Positions 1-8,198 of a stretch of 32,000 nucleotides of DNA are shown one piece after another. The stretch comes from Desulfotalea psychrophila LSv54. GTDB taxonomy: Bacteria > Desulfobacterota > Desulfobulbia > Desulfobulbales > Desulfocapsaceae. Under the pieces are notes generated by a model. The model did not search any database. It was not told the origin of the DNA and saw nothing but the letters and a program-made list of their open reading frames with translations. The stretch is from NCBI RefSeq assembly GCF_000025945.1, contig NC_006138.1:1350001-1382000 (forward strand), written 5' to 3'. Position numbers and translations under genes: made by a program. Within the stretch, counting starts at the first letter, position 1; every line of letters starts with the position of its first letter.

Positions 1-2
1 TA

Positions 3-1148
3 GCTCTGTTGAGCTCACCGTCCATAATACATGGCAACACTCTCGATCAGGTTGCGGATAAGCTGGTAAAAAGGTTGGAGAGGCAGGTTGAGCTTGAAGG
101 TCTTAATCTTCAGCTGACGCCGTCCAGTTTTTCAGAACAGGGAAGTGGCAGGCAGCACGCTATTGTAGATAGTTTATACGAGGCCGTCTCCGTTGCCCTG
201 AGTGAGAGAGGCGCCTCCCCTTCACTGCATGAGATAGGGGATGAACCGATACGTCTGGTCGGCAGTTACTTAAAAACAGGCAGGTCGCTTGAGATTCATC
301 TGCGTCTGAGAAAGATGGGCAGGCTTGAGAGCAGTGATATAGCCGTTGCTGATTATACAACTTCCATGGCAGGAATTGATTCCCGGCTCTTGGCTAATTC
401 TCTTGATGTGGTTGCTCTGGAGTTAGTTAGGAAAATTGAAAGGACATATGTGGATATGGACGGGGCAAGGCTGATTGTTGAGCAGCCGTTACCGCTTGTT
501 CCCAGCGAGCCAACTCTGCAGTTTGGTTCTGCACTGAAGGCTGCCCTCGAGCGTGCTCTGCTTAGATCTGAAACCTTTGGCGGGGCCCATTTCGGCTCGA
601 CCAGGAATTGTATTAGACTGATCAGTAAATATAATGCGGGAGAGCCTGTGCAGATTGCCGTGACCCTCGAAGGAGAGCAGGAGCTGCCACTTGCCAGCGC
701 TGCCGCCACCCTTGCTCGCGCAGATATCCCGTCTCAATTTTTTGAAATGATTAAGGATCAGGGATCTCGGGTCTGCGTTGCCTATAGGGCAGGATCAAAA
801 AGGGCCGTCTCGTCTCAGTCTCCAACCGTTGAATTCCTTCTCAATCAGCTGGCCGCCTCACTGCACACGGTCAGTATAGAACCGGAAATTTGTGATTCGG
901 GTCAGCGGGGGATTCAGGTGAGCTCTTCACTGAACATAAAGAGGCGGAAGACTGAGGATGGCTATGTCATTTTGTTTGCCGATCTGAATCTTATCATCGA
1001 AAATAATGGTAAAAAAATAGGTACAGTACGTTCGAAGGGCCGTCAGTCAGCCGGGCAAATGGATGATGCTACCAGTCTCCTTCTGGAAAAGCTGTTCACC
1101 CCGGAGCTTGAGCAAAAGCTGGCCAAATATATACTTGGCATAAGGTAG
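3..1148 (+). CDS. Conserved hypothetical with repeated FlgO/LPP20-like alpha/beta modules; probably 5'-partial
   Basis: 379-aa ORF from a TTG at 9. The frame is open to the left edge (codons GCT CTG precede the TTG). C-terminal module 'GIQVSSSLNIKRRKTEDGYVILFADLNLIIENNGKKIGTVRSKG...LLLEKLFTPELEQKLAKYI'. Confidence 0.65.
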   Translation, partial: ALLSSPSIIHGNTLDQVADKLVKRLERQVELEGLNLQLTPSSFSEQGSGRQHAIVDSLYEAVSVALSERGASPSLHEIGDEPIRLVGSYLKTGRSLEIHLRLRKMGRLESSDIAVADYTTSMAGIDSRLLANSLDVVALELVRKIERTYVDMDGARLIVEQPLPLVPSEPTLQFGSALKAALERALLRSETFGGAHFGSTRNCIRLISKYNAGEPVQIAVTLEGEQELPLASAAATLARADIPSQFFEMIKDQGSRVCVAYRAGSKRAVSSQSPTVEFLLNQLAASLHTVSIEPEICDSGQRGIQVSSSLNIKRRKTEDGYVILFADLNLIIENNGKKIGTVRSKGRQSAGQMDDATSLLLEKLFTPELEQKLAKYILGIR

Positions 1149-1208
1149 GATTGAATGATGTACAGAGTGGTCAGGATGGTCTCGGGAATTATATCTACGG
1201 AGAGGGAT

Positions 1209-2669
1209 ATGGGTATTGTTGCAAATAGAGTTGTTCTTTTTGTCTTATTAAGCGTTGGCCTCTGTCTAAGCGGCTGTGTTACGGAGAAAGGCGGGTTCGG
1301 GCGGATCAATGATGGTCATCGTCCAGATACCTCCAGAGAGTCAGGCTTTTCCACCCTTTCTGAACTCACCGATATCTTTAGCCGTGATCTTGCCTCGCAG
1401 GTTCAGTCAAAAAAAATTTACCTTGATCGGGCAAAAATCAGAGATGTAAGTACAGGTGATGTTGCTAACTTCTCCTCCTATTTACAGAATGAACTTGAGG
1501 CGTCTTTGAGCAGAACATTTGACCTGCAGGTTGTCCCCGATGGAGCAGATTTGCTTCTTGGCGCAACTTTTCAGAGATACGGTGATCATATAAAAATATT
1601 TTTTAAATATCACTCCCCGGATTTTTCGGTGAATAAGAGTATTGATTATCATATTGAGCAATCAAGAATACCAAGGGATTCCCTGAAAGAGAATTTACAC
1701 TCAAAGGCAAAGCAGCTTGCGGCAAATATTATAGCTGACGATCTTGAGTATAAAATTTATGTAAAGCCCTTTGAATCATCAAGGTATGCATGTGTCTCTC
1801 CATTTTCCCGTATGTTTTCAACCTTGGTTAAAAGTCAAATAGTTCAGATTCACAGGCAGGTGGAAATCATTGATGATTGTCCTGTGAAGGGGAAATTATC
1901 ACACTTGAATAGTGCGGGCAAGAGGGGAAGAGGTGGTGCTGATGATCATTTTGCCGATGCCGATTCGGTGCTTGAGGGTGAATATGTTATCAATGGCGAT
2001 CAGGTTATGGTCACCCTTCTCCTTAAGAGTCTTGATGGGCATGTAATAAACAGTGCTCAGATTGATATTGCATCCTCTATCATCAAAATTCCGCTGGGTG
2101 ATCCGGCCTCGGAAAAACTGGCGGATCTTGCCGATCGCAAAAGTGAAAGGCAGGAGAGAACGGTTAAACGGGTGAAACTCTCCACGGGTAAGGGTGGGGA
2201 TTATCCTGTTTATTTTGAGGGTGAAAAAATTGTCTTCTATGGCCAGGTCAAGGAGCCACTCTTTCTCTATATATACGATATTACCAGCAGGGGTGATGTT
2301 GCCCTTCTCTATCCATATGGTTTCGGAATCGGGCAGAAAAAGGTGAATCCGGGTCGTTTAGTCTCCATCCCGGACGAGGAGGATGGGGTTGATCTCTATG
2401 TCGAGGCACCATTTGGCAAGGATGCTGTCAAGGTTTTCGCAAGTTCAATCGAACTGCCTCTGCCAACCCTCAGTGCTGCGGTGGAGTCGAAGAGTTATGC
2501 CCGGGGCGTACGGGCAATCGGTAAAAAGCGAAAAAGGGTTCAGGGAAGATTAGCGTCCAGGACAGAAATTAATCCCAGTGATCTGGTCGACTACTATCGG
2601 GGACTGGCCGAGCGGTTTGACATTAAAATTTATGAAGACAGCATTTTGCTGGAAACAAGATCAAGATAG
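1209..2669 (+). CDS. DUF4384-domain lipoprotein
   Basis: The ORF track gives 1155; I prefer ATG 1209 (MGIVANRVVLFVLLSVGLCLSGC, lipobox LSGC, preceded by GGAGAGGG). C-terminal 'LSTGKGGDYPVYFEGEKIVFYGQVKEPLFLYIYDITSRGDVALLYPYGFG' resembles DUF4384. Confidence 0.75.
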   Translation: MGIVANRVVLFVLLSVGLCLSGCVTEKGGFGRINDGHRPDTSRESGFSTLSELTDIFSRDLASQVQSKKIYLDRAKIRDVSTGDVANFSSYLQNELEASLSRTFDLQVVPDGADLLLGATFQRYGDHIKIFFKYHSPDFSVNKSIDYHIEQSRIPRDSLKENLHSKAKQLAANIIADDLEYKIYVKPFESSRYACVSPFSRMFSTLVKSQIVQIHRQVEIIDDCPVKGKLSHLNSAGKRGRGGADDHFADADSVLEGEYVINGDQVMVTLLLKSLDGHVINSAQIDIASSIIKIPLGDPASEKLADLADRKSERQERTVKRVKLSTGKGGDYPVYFEGEKIVFYGQVKEPLFLYIYDITSRGDVALLYPYGFGIGQKKVNPGRLVSIPDEEDGVDLYVEAPFGKDAVKVFASSIELPLPTLSAAVESKSYARGVRAIGKKRKRVQGRLASRTEINPSDLVDYYRGLAERFDIKIYEDSILLETRSR

Positions 2670-2682
2670 GGGAAGAGGTGCC

Positions 2683-3357
2683 ATGCAGAGAAAACTTTTG
2701 CTTACAGCGGTCGTTAGTCTGATCTGGAGCATGCCCGCCCTTGCCGTAGGTCCTGCCTTTGTTGAAAGTGCAGATGAGATGGTTGAGCAGATGCTTGGTG
2801 GCAGAGAGAGTAGGCAGGCAGAGGGCTTTGTTGTAGGCGGGGAGGACAACAGTAGCCGGACAAGGGGCTTTGTGGTAGGCGGGGACCAGGGGCTAACCAG
2901 GTCTTTTACTGTGGTGGAACCCAAGACCCGTGCCATTAAGGTTCGGGCCAAAAAGGGGGGGCAGGAGCAGACCATTGTCGTTCAGGTGGGGATCGGTCTG
3001 GACCCGGCAGCAAGGCTTAAGGTTGAATTTGACCTGAATTCGGCGAGGCTTCGCCGCTCAGCATATCCACTTTTAGCAGAACTTGCCAGGGCCCTGGAGG
3101 ATGAGAGGGTGGTAGAGCACCAGGTCTGCATAAAGGGTCATACTGACAGCGCTGGTGCTGGCAGCTATAACTTGCAGCTCTCCTATAGCCGGGCAAATGC
3201 CGTGAGAGACTATCTGGCCGGTGCGGGCATGTCTGTCGATAAACTTGAGGTCTTCGGTTATGGCGAGAATATGCCGCTTGTCACCAATAGCAGTGAGGCT
3301 AACAGGCAGCTCAATCGCAGAGTTGAGGTGTCGCTTAACTGTCCAGAAATAAATTAG
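2683..3357 (+). CDS. OmpA-like peptidoglycan-binding periplasmic protein
   Basis: Signal peptide MQRKLLLTAVVSLIWSMPALAV from ATG 2683 (the longer ORF start at 2578 overlaps the upstream gene). OmpA C-like domain 'FDLNSARLRRSAYPLLAELARAL...KGHTDSAGAGSYNLQLSYSRANAVRDYL...EANRQLNRRVEVSL'. Confidence 0.9.
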   Translation: MQRKLLLTAVVSLIWSMPALAVGPAFVESADEMVEQMLGGRESRQAEGFVVGGEDNSSRTRGFVVGGDQGLTRSFTVVEPKTRAIKVRAKKGGQEQTIVVQVGIGLDPAARLKVEFDLNSARLRRSAYPLLAELARALEDERVVEHQVCIKGHTDSAGAGSYNLQLSYSRANAVRDYLAGAGMSVDKLEVFGYGENMPLVTNSSEANRQLNRRVEVSLNCPEIN

Positions 3358-3397
3358 ATTTTGATTTAGGCTAATTATCTCTTTATACTGAAAAAGA

Positions 3398-4339
3398 GTG
3401 AGTGGAAATATGCTGAAGAGTCTCTGTCTCCTTGTGACAATATTTTTCTGTTCTGTCGCTCTACCTGGACTTGCCGCAGAGAGGGTGGCTCTGGTGATTG
3501 GTAATGGTGCCTATAAAGATGCACCGCTGACAAATCCCGTAAACGATGCAGATGATATGGTGGCCCTGTTAAAAGGTTTGGGCTTTAAGGTTATTAAGGT
3601 GATCAATGCCGATAAGCGGGAGATGCTTACGGCCCTGGGTAAATTTTCTCGGGAGTTGCCGTCATCGGAAATAGGCCTCTTTTATTTTGCCGGGCATGAC
3701 ATACAGATCAACACTCGCAACTATCTGCTGCCTGTCGTAACAACCCCTGTAAACGCGGTTCTTGCAGTGCAGGCCAGGGCTTTGCCCAGATGGATGCACC
3801 CAAGGCTACCATTATTGCCTATGCAACGGGTCCCGGTTCAGTGGCAGCAGACGGGGCCGGCAGAAACGGTCTCTTTACCAAGCATCTGCTCTCCGCCTTT
3901 AAGGCTCCCGGTCTTGATATCCAAAGGATCTTTAACAGGGCGGGGATGGGGGTAATGGAGGAAACTGCCGAGAGACAGATTCCTTCGACCTCCAATATCC
4001 CGATTCCGGATTACTCCCTGACAGCTCAGTCCCTCCCCCCCTGACTACCCTTGATCCTGAAGAGAAACTTTGGCTTGCCGTCAGAAAGCTTGGCGATCTT
4101 GCCGCCTTTGCAACTTATCTGGCCGAGTATCCCTCTGGCAGGTTTGTAAGGGTTGTGAAACTACAGATAAAATGCTCAAGAAGGAGGTTGTTGCCACAGG
4201 CGATTCCTTTGGCGGTGGTCATTGTTATGAGAGGCCTGTGCATGAAGTCTGTGTAGATGGTTTTTCCCTGGCAGAAAAATTTAATCGGTCGGTCTCTGCA
4301 GGTAAAAGATGTCAAATCTATTGCGCCACTGTTACTTAG
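3398..4339 (+). pseudogene. Decayed caspase-like (peptidase C14)/FGE-sulfatase fusion gene
   Basis: Signal peptide plus 'ERVALVIGNGAYKDAPLTNPVNDADDMVALLKGLGFKVI...GLFYFAGHDIQINTRNYLLP' in frame 2. It continues as 'ACRNNPCKRGSCSAGQGFAQMDAPKATIIAYATGPGSVAADGAGRNGLFTKHLL' in frame 1, 'LTTLDPEEKLWLAVRKLGDLAAFATYLAEYPSGRFV' in frame 0, then 'VVATGDSFGGGHCYERPVHEVCVDGFSL' (FGE-like start) in frame 2. Confidence 0.85.
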
Positions 4340-4486
4340 CCATAGGCTAAAGTTATTTTTTTTGCAAATAGCTGATCAATTTTTTTTGTTAAAGATTGTT
4401 TGTGAAATTGGTATTATAGGGATTTTGTTGATTGTTTTTTGTAAGAGATGTTTTTTTAAAAAAATTTATCCTTCGATAATTAAAAT

Positions 4487-5215
4487 ATGGAAAAGAAAGA
4501 TCAGGACATGATAGTTGGTGTTGCCAGGAAGCTGTATCACAATTATGTGGCTGGTAGCGCGTCTGAGGTTGGGATCAGCGTGGAAGATTTGATTCAAACA
4601 GGCATAATCGGTTATCTGGAAGCTAAGAGTCGGCTTGATAAAGAAAAAGGTGATGGCAAGGCATTTATTTTTATGCGGATGAAGGGCAACCAGCTGTCGT
4701 TGATACGCAGGCAGGCACTTGTTCGCATGCCCCAGAAAACATACGCAAAGGTAAAAGAACTGCTGGCAGTAAGAAAGCAGCTTGAGGCAAGCTGTGTGGA
4801 GGCAACGGATCAGTTACTTGCCGAGAGACTTGGCTGGACAGTAAAGGAAATACATCAACTACTGGCCTCCGTACCTCGGGTCTTTTCCTCCGATGATGTC
4901 ACCGACAATGAGGAGAGCAGTGATTTTTATGAGAGCCATTTTCTGCCGGGGCAAAACCCACAACCCCTCATTAGTGAAATGGAAAAAAAAGAAATTGCTG
5001 ATCTCATCCAAGGCTGTTTAGCGCGACTGGAGAATCCGCGGCAACGCTTGATTTTAGTGGCGAAATATTTTGAAGGCATAAACGTTAAAAAACTTGCAGA
5101 TCGATTTGGTTGCTCTAGGTACTTTGTTGAATCTGAGGAGCAAAAGGGTCTTGGCCAGATGCAGACCTGCCTTGAAAAAAGTGGCTGGCAATGGGACGGG
5201 GCAGAAATCGATTAG
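4487..5215 (+). CDS. Sigma-70 family RNA polymerase sigma factor (FliA/SigF-like)
   Basis: Region 2-like 'GISVEDLIQTGIIGYLEAKSRLDKEKGDGKAFIFMRMKGNQLSLIRR', region 3-like 'QLLAERLGWTVKEIHQLL', region 4-like 'LENPRQRLILVAKYFEGINVKKLADRFGCSRYFVES'. Confidence 0.8.
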   Translation: MEKKDQDMIVGVARKLYHNYVAGSASEVGISVEDLIQTGIIGYLEAKSRLDKEKGDGKAFIFMRMKGNQLSLIRRQALVRMPQKTYAKVKELLAVRKQLEASCVEATDQLLAERLGWTVKEIHQLLASVPRVFSSDDVTDNEESSDFYESHFLPGQNPQPLISEMEKKEIADLIQGCLARLENPRQRLILVAKYFEGINVKKLADRFGCSRYFVESEEQKGLGQMQTCLEKSGWQWDGAEID

Positions 5216-5235
5216 CTTTGTGAATGGAGGAGTTA

Positions 5236-5801
5236 TGGAAAAATTTCCCAAGATGGATTTGCGACAGGGAATGGAAATATGGAAGGAGCAGGCCCAGTCT
5301 CAGGCGGATGCAACTCATCTGTCAGAGGAGGAGTTGGCCCGGGCCGCAGTTCATGGAGGCTTGGCTGAGCTTGATGGATATCTCATTGAGCATTTGGCAT
5401 CCTGTCCTGTCTGTTTGGCAAAATGGGTTGCTGCCTGCAGAGATATCGATATGAGCAAAGATGAGTTTGCCTATGATACTGCAGACGACTGGTATAGTGG
5501 TGGCCTGCTTGAGGCTGCTGCCACGTCAGGGAGCAGATTACCTGCAGTGCTTCTCAGCAGGTGTGGTAATTTTAATCTACGGATTTTTCCGGATGAAAAG
5601 AGTACTGGGGCGATGGTGGCTCTTGAGACTCGTAACCCTTCAGCAACAGGACGCAGCGAGGGTAAAATGGTCACCGTTCAGGATGCTGAGGGTAAAATTA
5701 TTGTCGAAGGTAAAATTATTTCTGGCCGGTTTGCCCGAATGGTTGATAATCTCGATGGTTTTAATTTACAGGTCTGGTCATTAATGATCAAGCAGGGGTA
5801 A
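5236..5801 (+). CDS. zf-HC2-like zinc-finger protein, putative anti-sigma factor
   Basis: 'HLSEEELARAAVHGGLAELDGYLIEHLASCPVC' contains the H-x3-C-x2-C motif typical of zinc-binding anti-sigma domains. It lies directly downstream of the sigma gene. Start chosen at ATG 5236 (MEKFPKMDLRQG); the longer 5094 start overlaps the sigma gene. No TM segment. Confidence 0.6.
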
Positions 5802-5805
5802 TGCA

Positions 5806-6663
5806 TTGGGAACGGTAAAAAAATGTACTCATTTGGAACCATCTTCTCTTCTTTTTCCCTTTGCAAGTGGTAATCTTGCAGAAATTGAGCTCTCCTTTTA
5901 TGTCAACTCCGGTAAGAGGGATGGACGTCCTATTACTACCTACCCGCTTGATAATGTTAGTCCGGATCTGGATCAGAGCGTCAGGTATGCCGCTGAAGTT
6001 GCCTATCGCCTTGCCCTTCAATCATCTAAGCTTGGGGAGATCTCTTATGCTGCCGGTTATAGGCTGAAAAACATGGAGGGAGAGACCTCGTTGACTGGGG
6101 AAAGCGCTGGTCTTGCCATGGCCTTGGCTCTTTATAGTGAGCTGACCTCTATACATCTGGGCAGGGTTGTTGCAACTGGAGCCTTAACAGGATTAGGAGA
6201 CGGTGGTACTGTCTCCTGGGTGGGTGAGGTGCCCGCAAAACTTCTTGGCGCTCTGGATGGTCTTGAGAGCGGTGATAGCATGTTCTACCCGCTTGCCAAC
6301 GTCTCCCAGGTTACCGATGTCCTTAAAAAAAAGTATGTGGAGAGAGGAATCAGATTAATTGCTGTTGGCAGTGTAGAGGAGGCTCTAAATTATTTTCCGA
6401 GTCTTTCTTGCCCGTCACAGGAGCTGGTGAAAAAGAGCAGGTGTGTTCCTGCCCTAGCTATTATTTTGCTGGTTGGGATGCTACTGGTGGGTGGCTATGT
6501 GTTGGGTGAGCATGATAACGACCTTGCTGAAGGGAATGTGATCATAGAGGAATCTTCTGTTGACAAGGTTAGGGGGAGGATAAAATCTTTTGAAGCTTAT
6601 AATGATCAGGGCGATAAACCTGCTCCGTCAGCGCAAAAAGATAATTCTTTCGGTTTTGAATAG
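5806..6663 (+). CDS. Lon-type (S16) protease domain with C-terminal transmembrane anchor, no ATPase
   Basis: 'LTGESAGLAMALALYSELTSIHLGRVVATGALTGLGDGGTVSWVGEVPAKLLGAL' aligns by eye with the Lon Ser-Lys dyad region (SAG...GG(L/I)KEK). Ser-to-Lys distance is 45 residues versus 43 in E. coli Lon, explained by a two-residue insertion. TM near 'VPALAIILLVGMLLVGGYVLG'. Non-ATG start. Confidence 0.75.
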   Translation: MGTVKKCTHLEPSSLLFPFASGNLAEIELSFYVNSGKRDGRPITTYPLDNVSPDLDQSVRYAAEVAYRLALQSSKLGEISYAAGYRLKNMEGETSLTGESAGLAMALALYSELTSIHLGRVVATGALTGLGDGGTVSWVGEVPAKLLGALDGLESGDSMFYPLANVSQVTDVLKKKYVERGIRLIAVGSVEEALNYFPSLSCPSQELVKKSRCVPALAIILLVGMLLVGGYVLGEHDNDLAEGNVIIEESSVDKVRGRIKSFEAYNDQGDKPAPSAQKDNSFGFE

Positions 6664-6680
6664 GGCGGCTGGTGCAAAAT

Positions 6681-6707
6681 CCCCTCGTTCTCATAGAGAA
6701 TAAGGGG
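6681..6707. terminator. Hairpin between the two convergent clusters
   Basis: CCCCTCGTTCTC-ATA-GAGAATAAGGGG: 12-position stem with one mismatch and one G-T wobble, 3-nt loop, between convergent genes. No strong T tract. Confidence 0.6.
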
Positions 6708-6727
6708 CTTTATGTATAAGAGTTGAT

Positions 6728-7786
6728 TTATTCAAATGTCCCGGACATCTCCAGATCTCTTACCAACTCCCGGTCGAGGACGAACTGAACTTCTCGACTG
6801 GTGGCATCACCGGGGCGCACACCCTTGAGCATATCAATCTCTGCCTGGGTGTAGCGATATGGCACACCCTTCATTACGATCTCACCACCGTTTGCGCTGA
6901 TGTCGTTGAGCATCTTCATGATGTTGGCCTGCAGGACAAATGGATCGGTACCGCTGATATTTACCCGCCAGCTAACGTAGGATGCCTGAGGGTTATCGGG
7001 CACAATACGCTGACCATAGTTCTTGGCGTAATTAACGCCATTGGCCGTTTTGAGTACCTTGCCAAATACCTCGACGATGGCATATTCGGTTACACCATCA
7101 AGTTTAATGCTTAGATATTGCTCGTGTTGCTTGAAATTTCTGGCAAGGGCGCCGCCAGTTGCCGGGGCGGTATGAACCGCCGGTCTTACCACTCTCCTGT
7201 TTGATCTGTGACCATTCCAGGCGGTGAGTTTACGGCCAACCAGATCGCCAACCTCTTTTTCAACCTCGGCAATTGCGTCATCACAATCACGGCGGGTTAC
7301 CTTAAAGGTTTTTGACATGCCAACTCCAAGGTCATGGCCTGCAGAGTCATATCCCTCACCGTCAAGTCGGGCGGATGCCTTGCAATAGCCATCACTGGTT
7401 TTCCTTACCTTAACCTTCAGCCAACTGATATAGGCTGCATCTGTGGCGTATTTTCTACATACCTCAAGGCTGGCAAGGGCAGAGTCCTCATGGCTACGCT
7501 CCATGACCCGGTTATACTCACGTTCTGATGCATCACCTGCAAAGGGGTTTACAACTTCAAAGTTATGGCGTACCAGTTGGTTATTGATAAAACGCATCAT
7601 TCTGCGATAATGAAGTGTTGAACTGCCACCATCGTTTGCATCGTCACCTGCCTCAACATAGAAGGGCAGGACTACAATTCTGATTGGCTCGCTGTTGGCG
7701 CTGGCTACGGTAAAGGTCAACAGGGTTAACATTGTTGCTAACATGGCTGCCGCTACTGCTCTTACTGCTTTTTTTTTCGTTGTCAT
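6728..7786 (-). CDS. Secreted conserved hypothetical protein
   Basis: 352 aa, signal peptide 'MTTKKKAVRAVAAAMLATMLTLLTFTVASA', FlgO/CsgG-like opening 'IRIVVLPF...RRMMRFINNQLVRHNFEVVNPF'. Confidence 0.6.
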   Translation of the reverse strand: MTTKKKAVRAVAAAMLATMLTLLTFTVASANSEPIRIVVLPFYVEAGDDANDGGSSTLHYRRMMRFINNQLVRHNFEVVNPFAGDASEREYNRVMERSHEDSALASLEVCRKYATDAAYISWLKVKVRKTSDGYCKASARLDGEGYDSAGHDLGVGMSKTFKVTRRDCDDAIAEVEKEVGDLVGRKLTAWNGHRSNRRVVRPAVHTAPATGGALARNFKQHEQYLSIKLDGVTEYAIVEVFGKVLKTANGVNYAKNYGQRIVPDNPQASYVSWRVNISGTDPFVLQANIMKMLNDISANGGEIVMKGVPYRYTQAEIDMLKGVRPGDATSREVQFVLDRELVRDLEMSGTFE

Positions 7787-8198
7787 TATCTCTCCTGAAT
7801 AATTAAATGCCTTTTTTCCTTGAGTTGCAATCCTTATCCTCTGTTAATGTGGCTTGCCCGACCCTGTTCTCTCCAGTGTCCTTTAGCTCCGAATAATATA
7901 GACCTGTGCCCCTCTTTACAGGGATCTCCTAACCATTGCCAGAGAGCTCTTTACAGCTATAAGTGGGGTTCTGTTTAATATATCGTTCTTTCTATCAGGT
8001 CAAGTTTGTTTGTTAAATTATATAGTTCGAGCTATAATCTGCCTCTCCACGCTTAATCCACCCTGCCCTATCGAAGAAGAAGATATTTATGCAAAAAACA
8101 AATTCAGTTTTTTGCATAAAAAATGGACTATTGCCACCGCCTCCAGATCAGGGGCAAAGTGCCGGTGGCTTTTGGGGGAGCATGTCGCTGGCTAGTCT

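Noticed and set aside
2578-2682. Extended N-terminus of the OmpA-like protein
   Set aside because: It overlaps the DUF4384 gene. ATG 2683 has a good ribosome-binding site and starts a normal signal peptide.
5224-5454. ORF MEELWKNFPRWICDREWKYGRSRPSL as the gene after the sigma factor
   Set aside because: The overlapping frame starting at 5236 encodes a 188-aa protein with a zinc-binding motif and spans to 5801. This ORF is a short out-of-frame shadow.
4487-6663. Direct identity with the CRISPR-associated CalpL/T/S system
   Set aside because: No CRISPR array, cas genes or SAVED domain were seen. The similarity is in arrangement only, so I report it as analogy.
8010-8195. Small + strand ORF MLNYIVRAIICLSTLNPPC
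   Set aside because: It runs through the 14-bp palindrome, has no plausible ribosome-binding site and no recognisable features.
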